From Somniosus microcephalus (taxonomy: Eukaryota), in assembly GCA_052327205.1 (NCBI GenBank), contig CM126203.1:340814001-340878000 (forward strand): a stretch of 64,000 bases of DNA. The letters run 5' to 3'. The notes under the pieces are model-generated. The model worked only from the letters and a program-made list of their open reading frames with translations. It searched no databases and was not told the DNA's origin. The position numbers and the translations under genes are program-made. Shown here one piece after another: positions 24,120-35,995 of the stretch (positions are counted from its first letter, which is position 1; every line of letters begins with the position of its first letter).

Positions 24120-26015
24120 CACGCATGCTAAAGAGTGGAAGCAGCATGCTATAGACAGGGCTAAGCAATCCCACAATCAATGGATCAGATCTAAGCTCTG
24201 CAGTCCTGCCACATCCAGTCGTGAATGGTGGTGGACCATTAAAGAACTAACAGGAGGAGAAGGTGTCATGAATATCCCCATCCTCAATGATGGTGGAGCC
24301 CAGCATGTGAGTGCAAAAGACAAGGCTGAAGCGTTTACAACCATCTTCAGCCAGAAGTGCCGAGTGGATGATCCACCTCTGCCTCCTCCTGAGGTTCCCA
24401 CCATCACAGAAGCCAGTCTTCAGCCAATTCGATTCACTCCACGTGATATCAAGAAACGGTTCAGCGCACTGGATACAGCAAAGGCTATGGGCCCCGACAA
24501 CATCCCGGCTATCGTGCTGAAGACTTGTGCTCCAGAATTAGCCGCGCCTCTAGCCAAGCTGTTCCAGTACAGCTACAACACTGGCCTCTATCCGACAATA
24601 TGGAAAACTGCCCGGGTATGTCCTGTCCACAAAAAGCAGGACAAATAATAATCTGGCTAATTACCGCCCCATCAGTCTACTCTCAATCATCAGCAAAGTG
24701 ATGGAAGGTGTCATCGACAGTGCTATCAAGTGGCACTTACTCACCAATAACCTGCTCACTGATGCCCAGTTTGGGTTCCACCAAGACCACTCAGCTCCTG
24801 ACCTCATTACAGCCTTGGTCCAAACATGGACAAAGGAGCTGAATTCTAGAGGTGAGGTGAGAGTGACTGCCCTTGACATCAAGGCAGCATTTGACCGAGT
24901 CTGGCATCAAGGATCCCTAGTAAAACTGAAGTCAATGGGAATGGGGGGGTGGGGGGTATCTTTCCACTGGCTGGAGTCATACCTAGCACAAAGGAAGATG
25001 GTTGTGGTGATTGAAGGTCAATCATCACAGCCCCAGGACATCGCTACTGGAGTTCCTCAGGGCAGTGTCCTAGGCCCAAGCATCTTCAGCTGCTTCATCA
25101 ATGACCTTCCCTCCAACATAAGGTCAGAAATGGGGGTGTTCGCTGATGACTGCACAGTGTTCAGTGCCATTCACAACTCCTCATAATGAAGCAGTCCCTG
25201 CCCGCATGCAACGAGACCTGGATGATGTTCAGGCTTGGGCTGATAAGTGGCAGGTAACATTCATGCCACGGAAGTGCCAGGCAATCTAACCACCTCCTCT
25301 TGTCATTCAACTGCATTACCATCGCCGAATCCCCCACCATCAACATCCTGGGGGGTCACCATTGACCAGAAACTTAACTGGACCAGCCACATAAATACTG
25401 TGGCAACAAGAGCAGGTCAGAGGCGAGGTATTCTGTGGCGAGTGTCTCACCTCCTGACTCCCCCAAAGCCTTTCTACCATCTACAAGGCACAGGTCAGGA
25501 GTGTGATGGAATACTCTCCACTTGCCTGTATGAGTGCAGCTACAACAACACTCAAGAAGCTTGACACCATCCAGGACAAAGCAGCCTGCTTGATTGGCAC
25601 CCCATCCACCACCTTAAACATTCACTCCCTCCACCACTGGCGTACCGTGGCTGCAATGTGTACCATCTACAAGATGCACTGCAGCAACTCACCAAGGCTT
25701 CTTCGGCAGCACCTCCCAAATCCACGACCTCTTCCACCTAGAAGGACAAGGGCAGCAGGCGCATGGGAACACCACCACCTCCAAGTTCCCCTCCAAGTCA
25801 CACACCATCCTGACTTGGAAATATATCGCCGATCCTTCACCGTCGCTGGGTCAAAATCCTGGAACTCCCTCCCTAACAGCACTGTGGGAGTACCTTCACC
25901 ACACGGACTGCCGCGGTTCAAGAAGGCGGCTCACCACCACCTTCTCGAGCAATTAGGGATGGGCAATAAATGCTGGCCTTGCCAGCGACGCCACAGCCCA
26001 TAAAAATGAATTAAA
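24120..26015 (+). mobile_element. LINE family A (Jockey/CR1-group non-LTR retrotransposon), 5'-truncated ORF2 with frameshifts
   Basis: ORFs 24268, 24698, 25247 and 25503 give [51 protein letters not shown] and MEYSPLA. 3' AATAAA then an atgaa tail. Confidence 0.93.
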
Positions 26016-27004
26016 GAAATATTAGTGTTGTTTAATTAAAAATGCTGCTTTAAAACAAGTGCTGTATAGGGTGTTGTAGAAACATTAAAAAAAAACTTGT
26101 ATTGCTTCTCAAATTGACCTGTAAAACTTGGCCTGTTTAATGCTTGTTTTGAAAATCCTCCAGCATTAGGAAATAGTTTTTGAAAGCACCATAGGAGAGT
26201 TAATTTTTTGCCCACCATTGCTAAGCAATGCCTAAAATACAAGCACTTGACTTGTTGAGTGTGCTGTATAAAGTTCATGTTGATTTGTATGTAGATGCAC
26301 ATGTAAGCATATGCTATGCCTATGCTATAATCTGGATGTGTGTCCTGGATGTACTTGTAAGTGGGAGTGGATGATGAGGTAGTCATCAACTCTAGTTGTT
26401 TGAGTAATCTCAAATTTTCATCCTCAAGATTAAGTCCTGAGTATTATTTCTTAAACTTTTTAAGACAATTTCCCACCTGCTTTCAGTTTTGCAAGTTCAG
26501 CTGTAGCGAATGAAAATGACAAATTTTGTAGCTAACAAATGATTCTTGGTGTGCTGTCCATAAACAATCATCCGATTATAGCTTGGAATTTTATTTGCTA
26601 CTTTTGATTGCGTTCTTAAATGTGGTGTTGCACAAATTCAGCGCTCGGAGTGGAAGATAAATCCTTGGAATGCTGATCCACTTCTGGATTCAGTAACCGG
26701 TAAAAATGAACATGGAGCTTTGCAATAATGTCCTAAATAATACTTGCCCCAATTATATGTGGAACTTATCTTGTGTTGCTACTGCTCGCACCTCATCATC
26801 TCCTTGCTGTCTTATGGAGAAGAGTCTCTGGACTGTTAATAAAATTCTGTGTGGATTGGCTGTACTGCGTTCAGTTTTGGGCACCACACCTCTGGAAGGG
26901 TATATTGCTTTGGAGGGGTATAGCTCCGATTGATGTCGGCACTCCTGTTCCTGTGTAATAGTTTGGTAGGCCATATCCTATTACCGTACTTTAGGATACG
27001 GGAG

Positions 27005-27250
27005 TTTTATTGGTTATAGTAATAGCCTAGGAATTGAGAATGTGTGCTCAAATCTCACCATGGCAAGTTGGAAAATTAAATTCAATAAACCTGGTAATCT
27101 CTGAGCTGACACTGGGGTTGGGTGGGGGGGGGAAGGGAAGTGACCATGTTCTTCAAGGAAGGAAATCTGCCTCTGTTGGTCTGGTCCACAGATGACTCCA
27201 GTCACACACTGTGATTGAGTCTTAATCTCCTCTGGACTTGCCTAGCAGGC
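27005..27250 (+). mobile_element. Decayed SINE S1
   Basis: ctcaaatctcaccatggcaag...aaggaaggaaatctgcc...gactccag matches the S1 body. Confidence 0.6.
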
Positions 27251-27277
27251 CATGCAGGTGCAAAAAATACCTTCCCA

Positions 27278-27730
27278 GCAACAACTTGCATTTATATAGC
27301 GCCTTTAACATAGTGAAACATCCCATGGCGTTTCACAGGAGTGTTATCAAACTAAATTTGACACCAAGCCACATGAGATATTAGGACAGGTTTTAAGAAG
27401 TGTCTTAAATCAGAGGTAGAGGGGGAATTCCAGAGCTTGGGGCTTGCTGAAGGCACGGCTGCCAATGGTGGAGCGATTAAAATCGAGGATGCGCAAGAGG
27501 CCAGAATTGGAGGAGCGCAGAGATCTCTGAGGGTTTTGGGGCTTGAGGAGGTTACAGAGATGGGGAGGGACGAAGCCATGGAAGGATTTGAAAACCAGGA
27601 TGAGAATTTTAAAATGGAGGCTTTGCCAATGTAGGTCAGCGAGCGCAGGAGTGATGAGTGAACAGGACTTGGTGTGAGAAAGGACACGGGCAGCAGAGTT
27701 TTGGATGAGGCCAAGTTTATGGAGGGTGGA
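27278..27730 (-). mobile_element. L2 3' fragment
   Basis: ORF 27410..27802 has KLGLIQNSAARVL..ITPALADLHW..FKILILVFKS. Tail caacaacttgcatttatatagcgcc. Confidence 0.85.
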
Positions 27731-29446
27731 TATAAAAATGCAAGTTGTTTGTTGTTGGGAAGGTATTTTTTTGCACCTGTACGACCTGCTGGGCAATTTC
27801 AAGAGATTGAGTCAGTCACTTACTGTGACTGCAGTCATGTTTGGATCAGACCAACTAAGACAGATTCCCTTCCTTAATGGACATGGTCACACTTTTTTTC
27901 TAGTGCTAAGAATGTGACCTTGCAAGCATTGCCCACGTCCCAAGAACAATTTAAAAAAAAATTTAAAAAAAATTTGGACCAGTTTACTGATCAGTGACGA
28001 GAATAAAATGAAGTCTCTATATATTGTGAAAATTGTTAATTGACTATTCAAAGCAGTGTTGATGCAATTCTTTTCGTTGGCCTTTTTGTTTAGGATGTCA
28101 GCCAATGAAAAGCTTGCTCCCACCTTTTTAATAAACGGTGGGAGCAAGAAGACAGATGGGTAAGAGATTTCAAGCAAAGGTGAGGAAAAAGACTAGAATT
28201 GTTGAAAGAGTAAAATAAAGGCTAATCTAGAAACTGGAAAAGGAGAGTGAAAGGTGGCAGGCAGGCACAGGTCAAGTATTAAACGTTTCTCAGTTTAAAA
28301 AAAATTGTGATTTATGGTTACTGTTAGAGTAATTATATTTCTGTTGTTTAACTAACATTATTACATCATGAGTAGAGAACAAAAAACTAGTTGGGTCAGG
28401 GAGTTGGAAATTTCCTTGGATCTGCTGATGATTTAAAAGTTAATTTTAAAATTGCTTGAATAGGCTGACTAAATAATATATTGGGCCGGGTTCTGCCTGT
28501 GGCTGCAATGTTGTGCAACACTGCTCTGAAGAAGTCTATTAACTATTACCACTTAATTTCATTTTTATATCCTGATTCCAATATTCTTCAATGCAATGAA
28601 CTTTGAGATTTCTTTATAAAATGTGCTGCGCTTGGATGGAATTGCTGGCCTCTGTTCAAGCTCCAAAGTTGTGTGCATGTTATTGATGCAAATCGAAAAA
28701 AAATGTAAACTGTAAACATTTTCCTCATACTAAAATTAGGATGCATTACCTTGTACGGTGGCCAAACGAAAGAGTATAGTTGCTTTGCTTGAAGTTTCAG
28801 TTTTTTTCGATGTTTGTAATTCTAATTAGTCGCCAAATATCATAGGATCAGCTCCAAGCAGCCTAAGCAACCTATAACCTTGTGTCAAAATTGTTTATGC
28901 ACTCTCCAAACCTGGCCCTTTTCCAAAAAAAACCCCCCAGCAATCCAGTGCTTAAATAATCAGACATGACTCGGGAGGAGGAAGAGGAACAGTCCAATCC
29001 TCAACATGCTGTCCTTGGCATCCCTGTAATATCCTTGTACCTTTATTCCTGCATTGTCTTTGCATTGTAATAATGTGAATGCCGAATATTTTTGACTCTC
29101 TTAAAGTGCAAGTAGCAAGTTTATTCCACCCAGTCGGCCTGACATGTTGTGTAACAAAGAGTGCTAAAAATAGGCCGCTAGGTATGCCATGACTAGTATA
29201 AAATGAGGTGCTTTATCCCGACTCTCTTATTTTCACCGATCCTAATTAAAGAAAAACTTAAAAATTAACTTGTTCAAAAAGCCTTGTTATTTTACGGGAC
29301 TTCAATAGTTTATTGTGTAATAGAGTATGGTGCTGTCTGAGACCATTTCTTTTATTAGTGTTGAATGTATGATATTTTCTGTTGGAAATTCTGTTCATGT
29401 ACAAACTAGAGAAATTGTTGACCGTGTTTTCACTTTTCTCTAACAG

Positions 29447-30261
29447 AAGAAAGTCCATGGGCACTTGTAAACAGGACTTGTCCGATTAAAGCTGAAACAA
29501 ACCGCAATGTGGCTTTTCCTTTTTCGACATGCACGTTTAACCATGGCCTGGCTGACCACGTTGGGTTACAATGGCAGATCGACACGAATAAAACCTCTGT
29601 TGTCTCCGGCTGGATCAGTGAGTTGAATCTCAATGAGAACTCGAGCACTCCCTTGGCCCCTCCCACAAAACGACATTGCAGGTCTCTTTCGGAGCCTGAT
29701 GAATTGTCCCGATGCCGGTCTCCATGGAAACCTTGTAGTTCCAAGGTCTGGACTCCTGTGTCGAAGCGGCGGTGCAACAGCGGTGGCAGCGCAACTTTAC
29801 AACGCTGCAACAGCCATGGAAGTGCCACACTGCAGAGAAGCACAAGCATCAATCTGCTCCAGCATACTAGTAAACACACATTATCTCTCAACAACAGTAT
29901 ATTTAATATCACCAGTTTCAATACTTCACCAGTACCAAGGCCCTCGTCTGCCAGCAGTGGTTTTGTAGACAGTAGTGAGGGAAGCACATCAAGTGTCCGT
30001 TGGAACTCTGCAGGACCGTTTGATTTTAACCCAAGGCGGCGGCTGTCACTTTCACAGGAACACATTACAGAGACGACGAATCTCTTGCCTTCAGCAAACA
30101 GCACTCCCACCTCCACACCAGAGCTGAGCCGCCGACAGGGATTGCTGCGATGTCGCTCACAGCCTTGCGTGCTGAATGAAAGGAAATGTGGGCTAAAGCG
30201 CAGGCGGGAGGAAGATGTCAGGTGGACACGACCATCTTTGGATTTCCTAAAGATGACGAGG
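29447..30261 (+). CDS. FAM53A: FAM53A large coding exon (FAM53 family conserved region), 815 nt
   Basis: Acceptor cacttttctctaacAG at 29446. G+AA gives Glu, then ESPWALVNR... in the frame of ORF 29509..30312. Contains APPTKRHCRSLSEP, KVWTPVSKRRC, PRPSSASSGFVDSSEGS, LLRCRSQPCVL and KRRREEDVRWTRPSLDFLKMT. Donor AGG|GTAAGT at 30261/30262. Confidence 0.95.
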
Positions 30262-30764
30262 GTAAGTTGGGGAACGCCTCTTCATATTTCTGGTAAATCT
30301 GGTGAATGTTAATATTTTAGTTTTAGTTTGGGATGAAACGGAGTATAAATAGTTCATGTGCAAGGGCCCTGGAATATAGTAAGAGCACATTTTCATCTTC
30401 ACTGTCTTTTGAGTATAAATTTGGCCTGCCAAAAATATGTTTGCTTTAGTACTTCAGTCGCTTTTAAATTTTTATATAAATTACCTTTAGTTTTCAGAGT
30501 AGTCTTTCCATCGGGATCCATTTTAAAATCAGTTAACTAAGATTTAAACGATTGATTTTTATTTGTGCTCCTTGCCCCTCTGGTTTTATGCTTGAATATT
30601 TTACAAGTTTGGACAAACATGTGCCAGAGAGATGAATTTTAATTCAGTTATTTACAAATTCACAAGTGATACAATAAAGATTGGAAAAATGTTGAAAGTA
30701 CAAGCTAATTAAACAGGGAGCTCAACTATAAGTCAAAACTGTAATGGGGCTTAGGTAGGCATCA

Positions 30765-31420
30765 TACATGCTTCAGCCATTCAGTCGCCTCGGTTGTCAG
30801 CATTATGCAGTCTGGAAAGTCCTCCTGGTAGACCAGCATGAAATGAGCAGCCATTCAGTAGATAAAATGCACCACCGCTACAGAGTGTTGTTTCTGAATC
30901 CCGGGTGTGGCCATTTGCCGTACACCTTACCAACCTTGAACTAGGTAATTTTTCATCAGGCTGGGGGATGAAGAATGAGTTTCTTACAGGTGAGAATAGT
31001 TCGTCTCCATTCTATTCATCATGAGACCATGTCCGCCGTGGAGATGATTGCTGCCTTGGTCCAGATTGGTCTTCTGTTGAGGGGGTGGGGGGGGGGGGTG
31101 GTGGGTGGTGGGTGAGGCACCTCCCATATATCTTTGAAAAGTGGCTGTTATCTCCAGGGTTTTCTCGAACAGGTTCTTTGCTGCAATCTGACGCCTGATG
31201 TTAGGCCATATGTTTGAGAGGACTGGTAGACAATTGGAGTTTGTTCGTCTCATCGACCCTGTTATTATTCTCTTTGTTTCATTTAATTGTGCATCAATGA
31301 GTTTTGTGTAGGAAGTGTTTAACCACAAAGGAGTGCAATATTCTCCAACCGAGTAGCAGAGAGCTAATGCTAAGTTGCTCCAATATTTGCATGTTAGCTC
31401 CTCAAATTGAGCTTGCATGC
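30765..31420 (-). mobile_element. Vingi/Ingi-like (I-group) non-LTR retrotransposon, decayed 3' part
   Basis: ORF 30984..31418 has ALALCYSVGEYCTPLW...TKLIDAQLNETKRIITGS...LPVLSNI, the post-RT pattern I associate with Vingi. A terminal YPGGLSRLHNAD...EWL-like remnant lies near 30775-30835. Confidence 0.65.
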
Positions 31421-31514
31421 TTATTTAGGAGGCCATTTCTGCTCTTGAACTCCTTTCAAAAATGTACTAGCAGTACACATTTAGCTACCCCTCATAAGTT
31501 TGGTATCATCTATG

Positions 31515-32720
31515 ATCAGTCCAACCCAGCCAATTATCGCCCTTTCATCAACAAATTTAAGGGGAAGCTAGATAAGTACAAGAGGGAGAAAGGAATAGAA
31601 GGATAGGGTTAAATGAAGTAGGGTGGGAGGAGGCTCGAGTGGAGCATAAACACCGGCATAGACCTGTTAGGCTGTATGGTCTGTTTCTGTTTTGTAAATT
31701 CTATGTAATTCTATGTCAAGTGATGGAAGGAGTAATCAACCGTGCTATCAAGCAGTTCTTGCTCACCAATAACCTGCTCACAGTTCTGCGGCGACCCCTC
31801 TGCTCCAAATCTCATTACAGCCGCAGTCCAAAGATGGACACAAGAATTGGATTCCAGAAATGAGACGAGAGTAACTGCTCTTGACATCAACCCAGTATTT
31901 GACCGAGTATGGTACTAAAGAGCCCTAGTAAAACTGAAGTCTGAGTTTCAGGAGGAAAACTCTCCAGTAGTTGGAGTCATAATGCACAATAGAAGATGGT
32001 TGCAATTGTTAGTCCAATCATCTCAACGCCAGGACATTGCTGCAGGAGATCTGCAGAGCAGCATTCTCGGCCCAACTACCTTCAGATGCTTGATCAATGA
32101 CCTTCCCTCCATCAGGTCAGAAGTGAGACTGTTTGGTGATTATTGCACCGTATTCACCTCTATTTGCAATTCCTCAGGTAATGCAGCAGGCCATGCCAGC
32201 ATCCAGCAAGACCCGAACAACATCTAGCCTTGGGTTAATAAGTGCCAAGTAACATTCAAGCCACACAAGTGCTAAGCAATGGCCACCTCCAACAAGAGAG
32301 AGTCTAACCAGCCCCTCATGACAGTCAATGGAATTACCATTGTCAAGTTGCCCGCTATCAACATCCTGGGGTCACCATTGACCAGAAACTCAACTCAACC
32401 TGAGTAGCCACATAAATACTGTGGCAGCTAGAGCAGGTCAGAGGGTGGGTATTCTTCGGTGAGTGGATCACCTCCTCACTCCCCAAAGCGCCTCTACCAC
32501 CTGCAAGGCACAAGTCAGGAGTTTGATGGAATGCTCTCCACTTTCCTGGATGGGTGCAGCTGCAGTAACAATCAAGAAGCTCAAGACCATTCAGGACAAA
32601 AGTCCACTTGATCAGCTCATTCACTAGCCTAAATATCCACCCTCCCCACCCTGGGTGTACTGTAGCTGCAGTGTGTACTATCTACAAGATGCACTGCAGT
32701 ACCTCGCAAACCTGCGACCG
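31515..32720 (+). mobile_element. Old LINE family A copy with a nested CR1 3' tail (about 31550-31716)
   Basis: SNPANYRP, then CR1 tail ending ttctatgtaattctatgt, then VMEGVINRAIKQFLLTNNLLT and LINDLPS. Collinear with 24650-25720. Confidence 0.85.
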
Positions 32721-33254
32721 AATGGTAAATAGAAATTGAAAAGTTCCAAATCGTTCTGCATTGTATTCCCTTGTCAAGTAAATCATTCTTGTTTTGTTGC
32801 TCAAGTGATTCATTTTACTGTTTATTGCCCAAGTTTCATGATCAGCTCTGCACAGTGTTGCACAGTTTCTTTTGTATCAACCATCAAATTACATCAAGAC
32901 TGATCTGAAATAGTTTGCAGTCTGGAAAACTGGCTATAAGCCGACCTGAATTACAACAGAATGATTTGCTCCTGGCGTCGCAGACTATTGCTTTCAGTGA
33001 GAATTCGAGGAAAAAGTTGTTTAAGAAATTGGCTGAAGGGAAGCAATGTGTACTTGTGAGGGAACTGGTGCCAATTTTGAGAGGTGGGAGTAGTGAATAA
33101 TGTGCACAGTGAATGCAGTTTGGGCCTTTTCTATTTCTAGTTTACGCCAACATTTTGGATTCAGGGACTCAATGCAAATTTTTACAATTGATACTAAAAT
33201 GAGACATTCAAGAACCAATAAAATGAGCAAGATAAAATTGGTAATTAGGCATAA

Positions 33255-33800
33255 CGCAGATGAAATTCAGTATGAGTAAGTTAGTCTAGGCACTTAACAT
33301 GTCCATTTACTAGACTAACAATCATCAAAGCAAATGGAATAATGCATTGAATTGCTAAAATAGATCAGTATCAAGTCAGAGGATGGCTCATAACTGAAAT
33401 TGTACACCGCTCTGGTACGCCCACACCATGAGCACCATGTCCATTTTTGGCTATTGAAATACAAGAGAAACTTTGAAACCCTAGAAAAGCTGCAAATCTG
33501 ATACCAAGTGGCAGGATTAAAGTACTGTATGAGGAAAGACTGGAGAAACTTGTGTTCAACCTCGAGGACCTCATTGATGTTCATGGAGCATTAAACAGTA
33601 GTAAAGGTAAATCCAGAGCAGTACTGCAAGGTATTCCATGCAAGTAGGACAAAGCTGGTGAAAGATAAAAGTTTTTCCGAATGATTGACAATTGGAATAG
33701 ATATCTGCATAGTGGAAGCAAAAATCTTGGGTCTTTAAGAAACCGTGGATGCCGCGAGTGGGGGAATACAGGTTATCGAAATGAATTGCTAAAATATACT
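33255..33800 (+). mobile_element. Highly decayed CR1 fragment
   Basis: ctgaaattgtacaccgctctggtacgcccacac encodes LKLYTALVRPH, with downstream CR1-like remnants. Confidence 0.6.
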
Positions 33801-34325
33801 GAATTACTACTTTTTAATCTGTACTTGTGATCCTGTAAATTCTTAATACGAGTGCAACTTTGTGACTCATTTATTCACTTAGCTGCAAGTTGACTGCTTG
33901 TTGAGTAGTTAATCTGCTAGGAGAGCCTCCAACTACTGTGACCAAATTCCTACTTAAGTTGTGTGTTGACCTTGCAGTATTGGTAGCTACATTTCAGAAG
34001 CACCTAACTGATGCCTGCAAGCATTGACAAAATTTGTAGATTTTTAAAAGAATACTCTGTGAATGGAGGGTCTGTTTAATTTCAAATGAGCTTGCCAATC
34101 CTCACACCCAAGGAGCAGAGAAGCGATGTACCAACTTGAATCATTTTCAGTGCGAACGTTTCAAGCAAGAGGGACCCAATAGTGATGACCACTAAATGTG
34201 ATTTTTAACTAGTGTACCGTAGTCATATGTAGTAGCTAAAACCTAGCTCCCAGGGCCAAATGTCACTTAATTTAAATTGATAACTTCTGTACAATCGAAA
34301 AATGACCTACAGAAAAATATCCTTC

Positions 34326-35995
34326 TGCAGTCCCTCGGAGCCAAGGATGACTTGCTTCCACATCAAAAATGAGTTCTCAGGTGACTGATGAGTCCAATGC
34401 GGGACCTACAGTCTCTGTCACAGGTGGGGCAGACGGTGGCTGAAGGGGCGGGTGGGTGGGGTGTTTGGGTTGACTTCCACTTGCTCCTGGCGCAGAGACT
34501 CGGTGTTCGGCGTCTTCCTGGATGCTTCTCCTCCTCCACTTTGCTTTGTGCGGTCTTGGGCCAGGGATTCCCAGGTGTCAGTGGGGATGTTGCACTTTTT
34601 CAAGGAGGCTTTAAGGGTGTCCTTGAAGCGTTTCCTCTGCCCACCTGGGCTCTCTTGCCATGTCAGAGCTCCGAGTAGAGCGCTTGTTTTGAGAGTCTCG
34701 TATCGGGCATGCGGACAATGTGACCTGTCCATCGGAGCTGATCGAGCGTGGCCAAAGCTTTGATGCTGGAGATGTTGGCCTGAACAAGAACACCGACATT
34801 GGTGTGCCTATCCTGCCATGTATTTGCAGGATCTTGCGGAGGCAGCGTTGGTGGTACCTCTCCAGTGCTTTGAGGTGCCTGCTGTACATGGTCCATGTCT
34901 GAGGCATACAGCAGGGCAGGTATCACTGCTGCTCTAGATCATGAGCTTAGTGCTGGGTTTGAGGTCCTGGTCTTCAAACACTCTGTTCCTCAGGCGACCG
35001 AAGGCTGCACTGACACATTGAAGGCGGTGTTGGACTTCGTCATCGATGTCTGCCCTTGTTGACAGTAGGCTCCCGAGGTATGGAAAGTGGTCTGCATTGT
35101 CCAAGGCCTTGGCGTGGATTTTGATAATCGGGGGGGGGTGGGGGGGTGTAGTACTGTGTGGCGGGGGCAGGTTGGTAGAGGACCTTTTGTCTTACGGTTG
35201 TTTAGTGTAAGGCCCATGCCCTCGTACGCTTCGGTGAAAGTGTTGATGGTTTGGAATTCGACCTCCAAGTGAGCGCAGACGCAAGCGTCGTCTGCATATT
35301 GTAATTCGACGACAGAGGGTGGGGCGACCTTGGATCTGGATTGGAGGCGATGGAGGTTGAACAGTTTCCATTTGTTCTGTAAATTAGCTCCACTCCAGCG
35401 GGGAGCTTACTGGGGGTGAGATGGAGCATTGCAGCAAGGAAGATTGAGAAGAGTGTTGGTGCAATGACACAGCCTTGCTTGACCCCGGTCCGTACGTGAA
35501 TTGGGTCTGTGGGGGAACTGTTGGTCAGGATCACGGCTTGCATGTCATCGTGAAGCAGGCGGAGGATGGTGACAAACTTTTGAGGGCAGCTGAATTTGAG
35601 GAGGACACTCCATAATCCCTCACAGTTGACGGTGTCAAAGGCCTTTGTGAGATCAAAGAAGGCCATGTACAGCGGTTGGTGCTGTTCCCTGCATTTCTCT
35701 TGTAATTGACGCACGGTGAAGATCATGTCCATTGTGCCCCTTAGTGGGCGGAATCTGCATTGTGATTCTGGGAGGAGCTCTTCGGCCACTGGGAGAACTC
35801 GATTGAGGAGGATTCTTGCGATGACCTTCCCTGTGGCAGACAGCAGGGAAACTCCTCTGTAATTACCGCAAACGGACTTGTCACCTTTCTTGAAGATGGT
35901 CACGATTACAGCGTCTCTGGGATCCCCTGGCATGCTCTCCTCCTTCCAGATAAGAGAAATGAGTTCATGAATTCGTGCCAGTAGTGCTACTTCGC
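34326..35995 (-). mobile_element. RTE-clade LINE, 5'-truncated, with RT and C-terminal C2H2 finger
   Basis: ORF 35202..35933 has CGNYRGVSLL, MIFTVRQLQEKCREQHQPLYMAFFDLTKAFDTV and GVKQGCVIAPTLF. Downstream YHQRCLRKILQI and QLRWTGHIVRMPD. The reverse complement of about 34372-34432 encodes CPTCDRDCRSRIGLISHLRT. Confidence 0.93.

Noticed and set aside
29430-30116. 228-aa antisense ORF over the large exon
   Set aside because: Shadow ORF of the Ser/Arg-rich FAM53A exon. It has no protein-like features and almost coincides with the exon.
6801-30261. Assignment to FAM53B or FAM53C
   Set aside because: The MVTLITEKLQ start together with RSLSEPDEL, PRPSSASSGFVDSSEGS and WTRPSLDFLKMT fits FAM53A best. 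A gene tree and synteny check would confirm.
30262-30312. ORF extension VSWGTPLHISGKSGEC* as the FAM53A C-terminus
   Set aside because: A consensus GTAAGT donor lies at the conserved LKMT(R/Q) boundary, so the extension is intron read-through. The true last exon was not found in the window.
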